From contig OY782391.1 of assembly GCA_963677745.1 (NCBI GenBank), forward strand, positions 1,056,001-1,120,000: a DNA stretch of 64,000 bases, given 5' to 3'. Source of the stretch: Candidatus Altimarinota bacterium. Its GTDB lineage: Bacteria > Patescibacteriota > Gracilibacteria > UBA1369. The notes beneath the pieces were generated by a model. It ran no database searches. It saw only the letters and a list, made by a program, of their open reading frames with translations, and was not told the origin of the DNA. Shown piece after piece: positions 10,901-19,947 of the stretch (position 1 is its first letter; each line of letters begins with the position of its first letter). The position numbers and the translations under genes are program-made.

Positions 10901-12479
10901 CCGGGAATTTGATTCCATTATTGGACAGACCGGAAAAAGTAATTGTTTTTGGTCCGTTGTAGTTGGTGCGAACGCTTCCCGCCGTATCATAGGCGGTAAT
11001 AGTCAACTCATTGTTGGCGCCGGCCATGGTTGAGGCGGCCCCGGTAATTTCCAGATAACTTGTGCAATACGAAGATGTCTGCAAATAATTTAACGTCACG
11101 CTTACTCTGGTCAATGAAGCGTTATTGACGGTCAGTCCCGGATCCCCTTCATTTTTTACCGTTAATATCGCCACCAGTCCGGCATTTGTATCGATAGCGG
11201 AAGTCACGGTGGAAGTTATACAATCAGGATCATCCAAATCACCGCTATCATCAACTTTGCCGATCCAGATGTCGGATTTACCGGTCAGGGGAGTGGAAAT
11301 TCCACCTGAAAGGACAAACCCGTTGTCATTGGTGGGGGAAATGGCGTTGATATGTTCACCATTGGCGTCTCCCAGAGCTTTTTGGGCCAGTATCGCACCG
11401 TTTGCATCCAATCTCAAAAACCAGCCGTCCATGGAACCGGCTCCATAAGAAACAGTCAATCCGCCTACCACATATTCGCTGCCGGTATCCTCGAGTACAT
11501 CGTTAAAAGACTCATTCACGCCTCCTCCATACATTTTCTGCCAGATTATTCCTCCGGTTGGGTTGATTTTTACGGCCAGTCCTTTGTAGGGACTGGGATT
11601 GGGCGACGCAGTGTACCCCACAGCCAGATAATTACCGTCGGTTGTGGTTATTATTTTATCCAAAGTGTCGACATCCGTACCCCCGATTACCCGGGACCAG
11701 GTATTGGCGGTTATATCATATTTGCCGTCCTCGCCGACTCTGATTATCCAGGCATCGCCGTTTCCGGATCCGTAAGAGGTGGTATGTCCGGAAGCCACAT
11801 AGCCGTGGTCCGCTGTTTCACGGACGGATTTTAAAACATCATAATTCACGTCACCAAATTCCTGCTGCCAGAGGACGTTGCCGTTGGAATCAAGTTTAAT
11901 CATCACTGCATCAGCGCTGCCAAAAGCACCGGTCTCGGTAAAGCCTACCAGCACAAAATTATGATCATAAGTTTCAATAATGGAATAGCCGATATCTTCT
12001 TTTGCTCCGCCGATCACTTTTTGCCAGACGATGTTGGCAGAACTGTCTAGTTTGGAAACCAAAATATCATTATTTCCTGACGCATCCGTTCCCCCGACCA
12101 GTATTATGCCTCCATCGGAAGTCTCCTTGAACTCCCTGGCATAATCATTTTGTTTCCCGGCATAACCCAGAGAGTATTGCCAGACCGGTTTGCCTTCACC
12201 ATCGATTTTTTGCAGTAAAATGTTGTCGAAATAATTTCCTGCCAGCGGATCATGCCCCTGACCGACTGAATTGGTGACAGACATCACTAAAAAATTTCCG
12301 TCGGCCAGCTGTTTGGTGCTGAATGATTCGTCATTATTGGAAACTCCGGTCACATCGTTATAACCGATGAAACTCTCCAGCCAGGTAGCGGCTTGTGCTA
12401 TGGGTGCAGCAAGTGCCATATAAATTCCCAGGGAAATCATAAATAAGAATTTCCCAACCGACATTTTGGATAAAAGCAT
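7932..12479 (-). CDS. Large surface protein: two beta-propeller/Ig-like modules plus C-terminal SLH domains
   Basis: Repeated KLDxxGNxxWQ / DGGxxxxG blades in two blocks, each followed by a similar linker (SYCTSYxxITG..M.AG..NELT). SLH motifs INRAE, GYPDGNFYP, ISRAE, ITRAE. Confidence 0.85.
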   Translation of the reverse strand: MLLSKMSVGKFLFMISLGIYMALAAPIAQAATWLESFIGYNDVTGVSNNDESFSTKQLADGNFLVMSVTNSVGQGHDPLAGNYFDNILLQKIDGEGKPVWQYSLGYAGKQNDYAREFKETSDGGIILVGGTDASGNNDILVSKLDSSANIVWQKVIGGAKEDIGYSIIETYDHNFVLVGFTETGAFGSADAVMIKLDSNGNVLWQQEFGDVNYDVLKSVRETADHGYVASGHTTSYGSGNGDAWIIRVGEDGKYDITANTWSRVIGGTDVDTLDKIITTTDGNYLAVGYTASPNPSPYKGLAVKINPTGGIIWQKMYGGGVNESFNDVLEDTGSEYVVGGLTVSYGAGSMDGWFLRLDANGAILAQKALGDANGEHINAISPTNDNGFVLSGGISTPLTGKSDIWIGKVDDSGDLDDPDCITSTVTSAIDTNAGLVAILTVKNEGDPGLTVNNASLTRVSVTLNYLQTSSYCTSYLEITGAASTMAGANNELTITAYDTAGSVRTNYNGPKTITFSGLSNNGIKFPAVEGTIIGTPQTINFTAGVSDPLVATLTPQIVESATLSLTDGKYNCNPIAGEPSHCLALNVTGYLKTWSKLFDSSGHDAANAVAVAADGNFIVGGYIPSNLSVMKLDQDGTVIWETSYGDSFSVTLNSLKVASDGSIFVGGATDASGTNDFLAMKLDGNGNILWQKSFDLGGPSEVVSKMHILADGGLMLIGQASIDPLLAPVSEAWLVRLDASGNIVWENRYGGADQEMVNALYENPDGSFIVAGWTYSFAPAPNNEYVGWIFKIDSAGALIWSNTYDILVNDPIKGPGTSASSIFNSITGSTALGKYILAGRNLVANAGAYEEALLMQIDANGNLDWIFNYGDSTSFPDEFFTVMNGGSSYYLAGNTEGLGIGDNDGFYLQIDAGPGPALGTVNLAKAIGDNINNLFYDMKSTLDGGMIFAGRSRHPIPPGLKQSDIWVVKTDASGNIFDPSCLTVNDVTAAVVRTIPGNKVNDVTAVTKVNSTASTAGSASLVASGSSLGQLSYCTSYFVITGLPAMSAGTTNELTVTAYDLQGNVVSGYEGSKYLTFSGLSPIGIYNPVVEAVTFGNPVLVNFTAGSSDLSASTLVAYKEETSTVHATDQTVTSQPHGGTPNGGLPLIVNVAPLDHYEITNTTPQTTAVGWTEIVTSNDLYGNLVKMAGSFTAKSNGHAYFFDSPGFTSQNNVYNLVGGIASIFVYDLNAEIIKLSATDAAAKTGLSGNIVVSGSAAPVGGGGAGPSLPVAGGASSGGFAPVNLPPAMQFLTTPEQEDTTPPSLSCLSQTPPLHEFNDVSNHQAADIIKLLAQTKNQTFVISGYEGSDGSYSFQPDRNINRAEFLKMALVANCLGIEEFSGQSAQIQPYGDVPLNSDNWYKNYVYSATKKGIVSGYPDGNFYPEKSISRAEAIKILVNIQKLKKQGYQAKSYFHDVVPADWFFEYVSAGRENNLILGSKGRDGLDYFRPSDPITRAETATILVRIYDLRKYISLK

Positions 12480-12583
12480 AAAACCTTTTTATTTGTATTT
12501 GCCAGTATTTTATGCGAAAAACAGGCTTTCCGCAATGCAAATTAAGCCCACAAAAATTTCGGCACAAAGTTGGAAAACTGATG

Positions 12584-13075
12584 CTAAATTACCAATTCCT
12601 GGAACATTATTCCTTCGGCCCCGAGCTTTTCACCCATCAGCCTCATCCCAACGCTTAAAGCCAGTTTCAGACTGGCCAGATTGCCGGTTTCCACCAGATA
12701 AGAAATTTTTTCCTCATGCCCGTAAGTCGATTTAAACCAGTCCAGCAAAAGGTGAACGGTTGCCTTTCCATAACCGTGGCCCTGGGCGGATTCTTTGATC
12801 CACAAACTGAACTGGGGATGAATATTCAAATCATTGATGGCGGCCACCCCCAAAAACTCCCGCGTTTCTTTGGCCAGCACGGCCATAGTCAGGGAACGGG
12901 TACTTTCATGGGACTCCCTACAGAAGTTGATCCAACTGTGAACTTCATTTGTATCGGTGAAATGATGGGAGTATCTGGCCACATTGCCGGTCTTGGCCAG
13001 GAATATTTCTTCCAGCCACTCCAGCGAGATTTTTTCCAGTAAGATTTTGTCTGATTCCAGACTTAGGGGGAGCAT
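12584..13075 (-). CDS. GNAT N-acetyltransferase (RimJ/RimL-like)
   Basis: QGHGYGK acetyl-CoA motif and NLASLKLA motif. Confidence 0.85.
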   Translation of the reverse strand: MLPLSLESDKILLEKISLEWLEEIFLAKTGNVARYSHHFTDTNEVHSWINFCRESHESTRSLTMAVLAKETREFLGVAAINDLNIHPQFSLWIKESAQGHGYGKATVHLLLDWFKSTYGHEEKISYLVETGNLASLKLALSVGMRLMGEKLGAEGIMFQELVI

Positions 13076-13187
13076 TTTGTTTTGGAAACAATTAAATCTT
13101 CACATTATAGCAAAAAAACACCGAAAATCCCAGCCCCAAGCCGTTAGATATCATCTCTCGGGGAGAAAATGGTTGACGTAAATAGAT

Positions 13188-13790
13188 TTAGACGCTGAGT
13201 TTAATCAGCTCGGTTTTCTTCTGATTCTGCTTTTCCAGGACAATCAAGACGAGGCAGCCGATTACGGACATGATTCCCACCACCACAAAAGAGAATCTGA
13301 ACCCCAGAAAATCGGCCATGGCTGCTCCGGCTGAAGCCGAAATTGCCGTGCCGATACCGGTCAAAGTGGAATACAGGCTCCACTCATAACTTTCATGATT
13401 CTTGTCCAGATTGATGCTCCACAGTCCCAGCCAGGTGGGATAGGCGAGGCCGCTGCCGACGCCGTAGAGGAACTGGGCCAGATAGATAAACCAGATATTG
13501 GGTGCAAATATATAGATTACCGGCACAAAAGTGACCAGTCCCATCCCCAGAATCAGCCAATGGATTTTGTTATCGTGGCCATCCACATATTTGGAAAAGG
13601 GGAGCTGTATAAGGCTTTTGGTTACGAAGAAAATTGTGCTGGCAATACCGGCGGTGAAAATAGAGCCGCCCTCGATGCTGCCGTCGATAAAAATCGCGAT
13701 AATCGGATCGATCAGACCGAAACCGGTCAGAAAGAAGATATCGGAGAGAATCAGCAGAATAATTGTACGGTTGAGGTGAAACTTTCTCAT
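13188..13790 (-). CDS. Half-size (about 6 TM) MFS transporter
   Basis: 200 aa hydrophobic protein with MFS motif A-like FSKYVDGHDNK and motif B-like AQFLYGVGSG. Confidence 0.75.
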   Translation of the reverse strand: MRKFHLNRTIILLILSDIFFLTGFGLIDPIIAIFIDGSIEGGSIFTAGIASTIFFVTKSLIQLPFSKYVDGHDNKIHWLILGMGLVTFVPVIYIFAPNIWFIYLAQFLYGVGSGLAYPTWLGLWSINLDKNHESYEWSLYSTLTGIGTAISASAGAAMADFLGFRFSFVVVGIMSVIGCLVLIVLEKQNQKKTELIKLSV

Positions 13791-13881
13791 GGTGATTTCC
13801 CTTTTAAATCACCCAATTATACCATGAAAAAGCCCTTTGCCGCACCACAAAATGGGGAATTAGCCGGTTTGAATGGCCACT

Positions 13882-15483
13882 TTAGCAGGTCAGATAATCT
13901 TCATACGCCGCCATTGCCAGCGGTGAACCCTTCAATTCTCCGTCCTCAAACCACAGCAGATAATAGGCGCCTTCTTCCTCGGCATCTTTGACCATCAGAT
14001 TGAGCGGGGAATCAGCTCTGGATAGAAAATGCGGCCGTTTGCTCAGGAGAATCAGGCGTTTAATCTTTTTATCGGCGCTTTCCTGCATCCTCTTGATATA
14101 AGAACGGGCATACAGATCCAGCTGACCGACAGCCAGTACCATTTCATCACGTTCATTGCAGTGGGAGGTATTAATCGATTTCACCTCCACCAGCAGCAGT
14201 TGATCTTTTCTCATACAGGCATAATCAAAGCCTTTCTTGCCTCTGCCGACAGAAAACCATTTATCTGAGTTCGATTCTACCAGCGTTTTCCATTTATCCA
14301 GTGTGGCCTCATGGGTATCCACTGCCAGTACAGTTTTAGCTCTTGTCAGGGGGTCGGCGGCCTTGGTTTTTTCCCGGCGCGGGTCGCCGTTTTTGCCGTT
14401 GGTCAGCGTTGGCAGAATTACTGGGGCAGGAGGAGTTTGCTGCTTCGGCAAACGGTCCGCCAATATTTTGGCAATTTCTTCTGTATAGTGACCGTCCCTT
14501 TGCAGCTCTTCCATTAGTCTGTCAGCTTCCTCAAACTGTCCTTTTTTTAGAAAGTATTTGGCCATCACAAATTTGGCCGGGGCGTGGTCATTTTTTTTTG
14601 CCAAAACCGCCAGGGCCATATCCCGGCTCTCCTCTGAGATCAGGTCTTGCCCCAGATCTGCCAGCAATATAGTTTCCCGGGCCGGCAAACTGTCCGGTTC
14701 AAAAAGCAATATTCCTTTGGCAAAAGCCCTGGAATTCTCCAGGTTGTTTGTGGCAACTGCTTTGATCATCTTAAAATGGAGAGCCTGGCGGGGATTCTTT
14801 TCATGGGCGATCGCAAAATCCAGGAAAAATTTTGCCAACTCCCCATTATCGCCGGATAATTCCACTTTCCCGAAGTCACGGCAAATCAATAATCCTCTAA
14901 CAGTATTTTCATTTAACCATTTCAATAACTCCACCTTGGCAGCCCTCAAGCCGTCTTTCTTCAAAATACTGCGGGAAAGCGAAGCGCGAGCCATGACTAT
15001 GGCGTCATGATGCTGCATCTCCAGAGCCTTTCGTAGCGCTATTTCCGAAAAATTCCTGGCTGGACCGAACCGTCCGGCTTTCATATTGATGGTGGCGGCA
15101 GTATAGGCGGAGTTGTAAATTCTTGAATTAATTCCGGATTTTCTGGCCTGCTCATACTCGCCCGAAACCAGATCCAAAGCTTCCCCGTGCCGCCCCTCCT
15201 CAACCAAAGCTTTTATTCGTTCCTGGAAATTCTTATCCGTTTCCAGTGTATCCAGGGAATCATCCTGTATCACTCTTTTTATCTGTCCTGAAGTGCTTTC
15301 GGCTGTTTCTTCTGAAGCAGTTACAAGGTTTGAGACCATTCCTGCAACGGAATCATCCAAAAGATTTACCTCTTTGATATAAAGCGTTGTAGGCGGCACT
15401 TTTTTGATTGTCGCTATTTCAGACGTTTTTTCCACAACCACTTCAGCCGGAAAAGGGCGACGATCTGTTGAATTATCATTCAT
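13882..15483 (-). CDS. TPR-repeat protein with C-terminal PD-(D/E)XK nuclease-like domain
   Basis: Helical TPR-like repeats; C-terminal FD...LVEVKS...AVGQLDLY. Confidence 0.65.
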   Translation of the reverse strand: MNDNSTDRRPFPAEVVVEKTSEIATIKKVPPTTLYIKEVNLLDDSVAGMVSNLVTASEETAESTSGQIKRVIQDDSLDTLETDKNFQERIKALVEEGRHGEALDLVSGEYEQARKSGINSRIYNSAYTAATINMKAGRFGPARNFSEIALRKALEMQHHDAIVMARASLSRSILKKDGLRAAKVELLKWLNENTVRGLLICRDFGKVELSGDNGELAKFFLDFAIAHEKNPRQALHFKMIKAVATNNLENSRAFAKGILLFEPDSLPARETILLADLGQDLISEESRDMALAVLAKKNDHAPAKFVMAKYFLKKGQFEEADRLMEELQRDGHYTEEIAKILADRLPKQQTPPAPVILPTLTNGKNGDPRREKTKAADPLTRAKTVLAVDTHEATLDKWKTLVESNSDKWFSVGRGKKGFDYACMRKDQLLLVEVKSINTSHCNERDEMVLAVGQLDLYARSYIKRMQESADKKIKRLILLSKRPHFLSRADSPLNLMVKDAEEEGAYYLLWFEDGELKGSPLAMAAYEDYLTC

Positions 15484-15581
15484 AAGTAAGAATTAAGGGC
15501 GGATTATGATATAGGAAGGGAATTAAGTCAAATCCAGGAAGTGAGACAACCATACATCGGGCAAAGAAAAACGTAACAAAA

Positions 15582-15609
15582 TTGACATTAACTGGTCGCA
15601 AAATATAAT
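15582..15609 (+). promoter_or_regulatory. Sigma70-type promoter of alaS
   Basis: Perfect TTGACA-16 bp-TATAAT. Confidence 0.75.
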
Positions 15610-15640
15610 CTCTTTGCACCACATCAAATCTGTAAAACAC

Positions 15641-17515
15641 ATGGACTCATTTGAACTCCGCCGCAAATATCTGGATTTCTTCGTCAGCAAAGGCCATAAG
15701 GAAATTGCTCCAGCCGGTCTGCTGGCCGAAAATGATCCCACATTATTGTTCGTCAATTCCGGTATGTTCCCGCTGGTCCCCTATCTGTTGGGGCAAAAGC
15801 ATCCGGAGGGTACCAGGCTGGTCAATTCGCAAAGGTCTTTCCGCTCCGACGATATCGATGAAATCGGTGATCAGCGCCACACCACTTTTTTTGAAATGCT
15901 GGGCAACTGGAGTCTGGGCGATTATTTCAAGAAAGAACAACTCAGCTGGTGGTATGAGTTTTTGATTGACCAGGTTGGACTGGATCCAAAAAAACTGTAT
16001 CAGTCGGTTTTTGCCGGCAATGACCTGGTGGAAAGGGATGAAGAAAGTATTCAGACGCTGCAGGCCATGTTCAAAAAAAACGGAATTGAAGCCGAAGTCG
16101 GACCTGCCACCACCGGCAAAGGGGAGTTTGGACCAGGAGTGGAAATTGATTTCAGCCGCCAGCGCATTTTTCCTTACATTGACAAAAACTGGTGGAAGAG
16201 AGGGGACGCGGTGGGCGAACTGGGCGGCCCGGATTCGGAAACTTTTTATGATACCGGGGCACCCCATGACACCCGTTTCGGGGAATTCTGTCACATCAAC
16301 TGCGACTGCGGCAGGTTTATTGAAATCGGCAATTCGGTCTTTATGCAGTATAAAAAAACGCCCGACAGCTGGGAGCCGATGGACCAAAAAAATGTGGATT
16401 TCGGTGGCGGCCTGGAGCGCCTGCTGATGGTGGTGGAAAACCAGACCGACATGTTCAAGACCGACCTCTTTCTGCAATACATACAGGCAATCGAGCTAGA
16501 CACCGGCAAGAGTTATGCAGACCATCTGCATGATTTCCGTTTAATCTGCGACCATGTGCGGGCCGCCACCTTTCTGATCTCCGACGGCGGCGTACCATCC
16601 AACAAGGATCAGGGATATTACATCCGCCGTCTGATCCGCCGCGCTCTGGTCAGCGTCAGAAGCCTGGGCGGACAACATTCTCTGGTGGAAAAACTGGCCG
16701 GACAGGTAATCGAAAAAATGTCCCCCGCCTACCCCCATCTGCAGCAAAAAAGCGCCGATATCATGCGGGAGATTTCCGACGAAGTGGAAAAATTTTCCAA
16801 AACCCTGGAGAAAGGCGTCAAATATTTCGAGATGATCAAGCCTCAAAACGGCCTGATTTCCGGGGAGGACGCTTTCAATCTGACCACCACCTACGGCTTT
16901 CCCCTGGAGATAACCACCGAGCTGGCCGGCAAAAAAGGCCTGAAAATTGATCTGGAGGATTATTTCAAACGCATCGAACATCACAAAGATCTGTCCCGCT
17001 CGGGTTCCGAACAGAAATTCAAGAGCGGTCTGATCGACACCACCGCCGAAACCACCCGTTTGCATACCGCCACCCATCTGCTGCATCAGGCCCTGCGGGT
17101 GGTGTTGGGTCCGCATGTTGAGCAGCGCGGCAGCAATATCACCCCGGAACGCCTGCGTTTTGATTTTTCCCACCCGGCCAAAATGACTCCCGAGGAAATT
17201 AAAAAGGTGGAGGATATAGTGAATGAACAGATTGCCCAGGGGCTGGAGGTGCATTGCGTGGAAACAACCCCGGAAGAAGCCAAGAGCAAGGGGGCGATCG
17301 GTCTTTTTAACGACAAATATGCCAGCAACGTCACGGTCTATACAGTCGGGGCGCCGCTGGCGGAAGCCGAACGTGCTTTCTCCAAAGAAATCTGCGCCGG
17401 TCCCCACGTCAAAAACATTTCCGAATTGGGCGGATTCAAGATCACCAAAGAAGAGGCTAGTTCCTCCGGTATCCGCAGAATCAAGGCGGTGATAACCGCC
17501 AATTCGCAAAAATAG
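15641..17515 (+). CDS. alaS: Alanine--tRNA ligase (short form without C-Ala domain)
   Basis: DPTLLFVNSGM, HTTFFEMLGNWSLGDYFK, EIGNSVFMQY, DFGGGLER; editing motifs HTATHLL and ICAGPHV; ends just after GIRRIKA. Confidence 0.96.
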   Translation: MDSFELRRKYLDFFVSKGHKEIAPAGLLAENDPTLLFVNSGMFPLVPYLLGQKHPEGTRLVNSQRSFRSDDIDEIGDQRHTTFFEMLGNWSLGDYFKKEQLSWWYEFLIDQVGLDPKKLYQSVFAGNDLVERDEESIQTLQAMFKKNGIEAEVGPATTGKGEFGPGVEIDFSRQRIFPYIDKNWWKRGDAVGELGGPDSETFYDTGAPHDTRFGEFCHINCDCGRFIEIGNSVFMQYKKTPDSWEPMDQKNVDFGGGLERLLMVVENQTDMFKTDLFLQYIQAIELDTGKSYADHLHDFRLICDHVRAATFLISDGGVPSNKDQGYYIRRLIRRALVSVRSLGGQHSLVEKLAGQVIEKMSPAYPHLQQKSADIMREISDEVEKFSKTLEKGVKYFEMIKPQNGLISGEDAFNLTTTYGFPLEITTELAGKKGLKIDLEDYFKRIEHHKDLSRSGSEQKFKSGLIDTTAETTRLHTATHLLHQALRVVLGPHVEQRGSNITPERLRFDFSHPAKMTPEEIKKVEDIVNEQIAQGLEVHCVETTPEEAKSKGAIGLFNDKYASNVTVYTVGAPLAEAERAFSKEICAGPHVKNISELGGFKITKEEASSSGIRRIKAVITANSQK

Positions 17516-17578
17516 CCGCTTCTCCGATAAATAATTTGTCAGAAGTACCCGTGCTCCCTATAATAACGCAGTTACCAG

Positions 17579-17654
17579 GCCGCTATAGCTCAGCTGGTAG
17601 AGCAATGGTATCGTAAACCAGAGGTCGGCGGTTCAATTCCGCCTAGCGGCTCCA
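17579..17654 (+). tRNA. tRNA-Thr (CGT)
   Basis: Acceptor GCCGCTA/TAGCGGC, D arm GCTC/GAGC, anticodon loop ATCGTAA, T loop TTCAATT, encoded CCA. Confidence 0.95.
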
Positions 17655-17670
17655 GAATTCAATATTCGTA

Positions 17671-18396
17671 TTATCTGCTGAACTTAAAGAAATTCATGAT
17701 TGGAGTGTTCGCCAGATCCCGATACTTGGGGATTTGCGTAATCAACTGATTAGACGGGGGCATGGGCTCGGCCACTGTGAGCTGCAAACCGGCCTGCTCA
17801 CCCACCAGAACGTAGGCCATTTCCTTTCTGACGATGTCCACCAGTTCGCCTAATGACCTTCTGATGGAAGTGACATAGGTCAGAGAATCCAGTTCTTCAA
17901 TTTCCACCTGGTAATCATGCCTTGCCCTTTTGTAATAGTCATAATCCGGCACAATCGCCACAAACTCCCCGGCCGGCTCGGCCAGCAGCAGACGGACTCT
18001 GGCAAAAGCTTCTTCCAGATTCCTGATATGAGGCAGTGACATAATCGAAATGATCCGGTCAAATCGTTGGATGGTGCGGTAATCTTCGAACGTACCCTGT
18101 ACCATTTGTATTCTGGGGAATAGCCGTTTGGATAGTCGTACGTTCTGAGCAGATGGTTCGATTCCGATTGTGGTTGAGGCACCCAGCTTTTTAGCCTCAT
18201 CCAGCGCCCAGCCGCTACCCGCACCGATGTCCAGAACACGTCGGCCCTGCCAGTCGGGACAATGCTTCATAATCTGCTGCCAAAAAAACGTTCTCATCGG
18301 TGAATCCAGATCGGATTCACTCCGCCAAGTGATATCCTGCCGGTCGTATTGGGCCGGATCGGTGGCCCTGTCCAGTAGATTTGATTTTCCGGTCAT
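17671..18396 (-). CDS. Class I SAM-dependent methyltransferase
   Basis: Motif I VLDIGAGSG, GIEPS, FDRIIS. Confidence 0.88.
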   Translation of the reverse strand: MTGKSNLLDRATDPAQYDRQDITWRSESDLDSPMRTFFWQQIMKHCPDWQGRRVLDIGAGSGWALDEAKKLGASTTIGIEPSAQNVRLSKRLFPRIQMVQGTFEDYRTIQRFDRIISIMSLPHIRNLEEAFARVRLLLAEPAGEFVAIVPDYDYYKRARHDYQVEIEELDSLTYVTSIRRSLGELVDIVRKEMAYVLVGEQAGLQLTVAEPMPPSNQLITQIPKYRDLANTPIMNFFKFSR

Positions 18397-18440
18397 TATT
18401 TTTTGTCGTAGTGTTAAAGGTTTCGGAAAATTCTGAAAGT

Positions 18441-19328
18441 TCAGGCAGCCTTGCCCAGTAAACGTCCAATCAGTTCAGACAATTCTTCCCCGTTGGAATC
18501 ATCCGTCAGCACGGTATCAAATACTTCCTGAAAATGCTCCAGATGATCCGTTGTCTTGCGGTTGTAAAAACCGATGCTCAGAACCCGTTCGGCCGCAAGC
18601 CCGGTAGCCATATGGATGTCGGTCAAACTGTCACCCATTTGTATAATGTTCGTGCGTCCGGACAAATCCTTGGCCACCGGCAAATGACTGACCACGGTTT
18701 CATCTTTATTCAGTGAGTGTACAATCGGTTGGCGGTAACCGGTCATATATCCTTCAGAGTCCCATTCCAGTTCATTGGATACGATGTGAATATTGGGCAG
18801 AAGCAGCTGGTTGTGATCCAGATGCCAGCGTATGGATTCACTGCCCAGCCCGTTGGCGGACATGATGATCACAGGCACCTGAGCGGAGGCCGTCATGCGC
18901 AAAATCTCTGCCATACCGCTTCGTACTTTGGCCTGCGCGTCCCGCATGGCTTTGTGGATATCGCTGCGGTTCAAACGGTGTCTGATCAGCAGTGCGTAAT
19001 GTTTTTCCCACCATTCCTGCATCAAAGCTTTCTTGATGACAGGATCGACTGAGGGATCTTTCTCAATGGGCTTGTAATGTTCAGCCAAAGAATGCGCTTC
19101 AGTGGAATATTCCTCACTTAAATAATTGCCTTCCCGTAAGGTGGCAATCAGGCTGGGGCGGGGATTGCCATCAAGGTCCCATTCATAGGTGACGGTCCCG
19201 TCATAATCCAGCAGCAGATGAAGTTTGTCAGGTCCTTCCGCAGCAATTTCCCTGCACAAATTTTGAAACTTCTCCGGATTTTTGGTCAGCAGTTTGGATT
19301 TGTTTCCCAGTGTTTCCTCTAAGTTCAT
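18441..19328 (-). CDS. HAD-family pyrimidine 5'-nucleotidase (UMPH-1/NT5C3-like)
   Basis: DYDGTVT, MQEWWEKHYALL, MSA, IVSN, HSLNK and GDSLTD match recalled cN-III family motifs. Confidence 0.8.
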   Translation of the reverse strand: MNLEETLGNKSKLLTKNPEKFQNLCREIAAEGPDKLHLLLDYDGTVTYEWDLDGNPRPSLIATLREGNYLSEEYSTEAHSLAEHYKPIEKDPSVDPVIKKALMQEWWEKHYALLIRHRLNRSDIHKAMRDAQAKVRSGMAEILRMTASAQVPVIIMSANGLGSESIRWHLDHNQLLLPNIHIVSNELEWDSEGYMTGYRQPIVHSLNKDETVVSHLPVAKDLSGRTNIIQMGDSLTDIHMATGLAAERVLSIGFYNRKTTDHLEHFQEVFDTVLTDDSNGEELSELIGRLLGKAA

Positions 19329-19337
19329 AATACTAAA

Positions 19338-19859
19338 TTACCTTTTTTCTGTCCGTGGTAAAACTTTTTTTTCCACGCACTGTTTTAAAGCCTGTTCGCA
19401 AGTCAGCACATTGATAGAACATTCCCTGATCATTTTATAATTAATCTTGTCGTGGTATTCCCGTTTGATCATTTCGGAAAGATTCTGGGAATGGCGAGGG
19501 GTCAGACAATTACCACGAGTGGGAGCAACGCAGCGGGTTCTGTCACTTTCACATTTAGTCAGTTCGGTCTGGGCTTCGGAATTATTGGAAATTTGAGGCA
19601 GGCTGGCCGAAGTCAACTCTTCTATACCAGTGGAGATGGGGAAATTCGTATCATTTTCAATAATTCCAGAAGTTTCAAAACGATTTCTAATGTCGGATAT
19701 GATTTCGGCTCTTTCAGCGGCAGCTGCACGACCCCGGTCAAAGGCAACGCTCAGACTCAAATCGGTGCCTTTGTCGAACAAGTAACTTCCCCACAATGCC
19801 GTTGTCAGTCCGGCAAACCCGATTCCAAAAGCATGTCTGTATAATTTAGATTTATCCAT
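19338..19859 (-). CDS. Hypothetical membrane-anchored Cys-containing protein
   Basis: N-terminal TM helix and six Cys; upstream TTGACT-16-TATTTT promoter. Confidence 0.6.
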   Translation of the reverse strand: MDKSKLYRHAFGIGFAGLTTALWGSYLFDKGTDLSLSVAFDRGRAAAAERAEIISDIRNRFETSGIIENDTNFPISTGIEELTSASLPQISNNSEAQTELTKCESDRTRCVAPTRGNCLTPRHSQNLSEMIKREYHDKINYKMIRECSINVLTCEQALKQCVEKKVLPRTEKR

Positions 19860-19947
19860 AACGATTTAATAAATTAGCCCAAAAATAACACAAATCTGCG
19901 AACAGTCAACCACGTACTTAATGAAAAATCGGTATGGAAATTTTTAA

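Noticed and set aside
15743-17509. 244-aa and 322-aa minus-strand ORFs
   Set aside because: Antisense to alaS, with no independent motifs.
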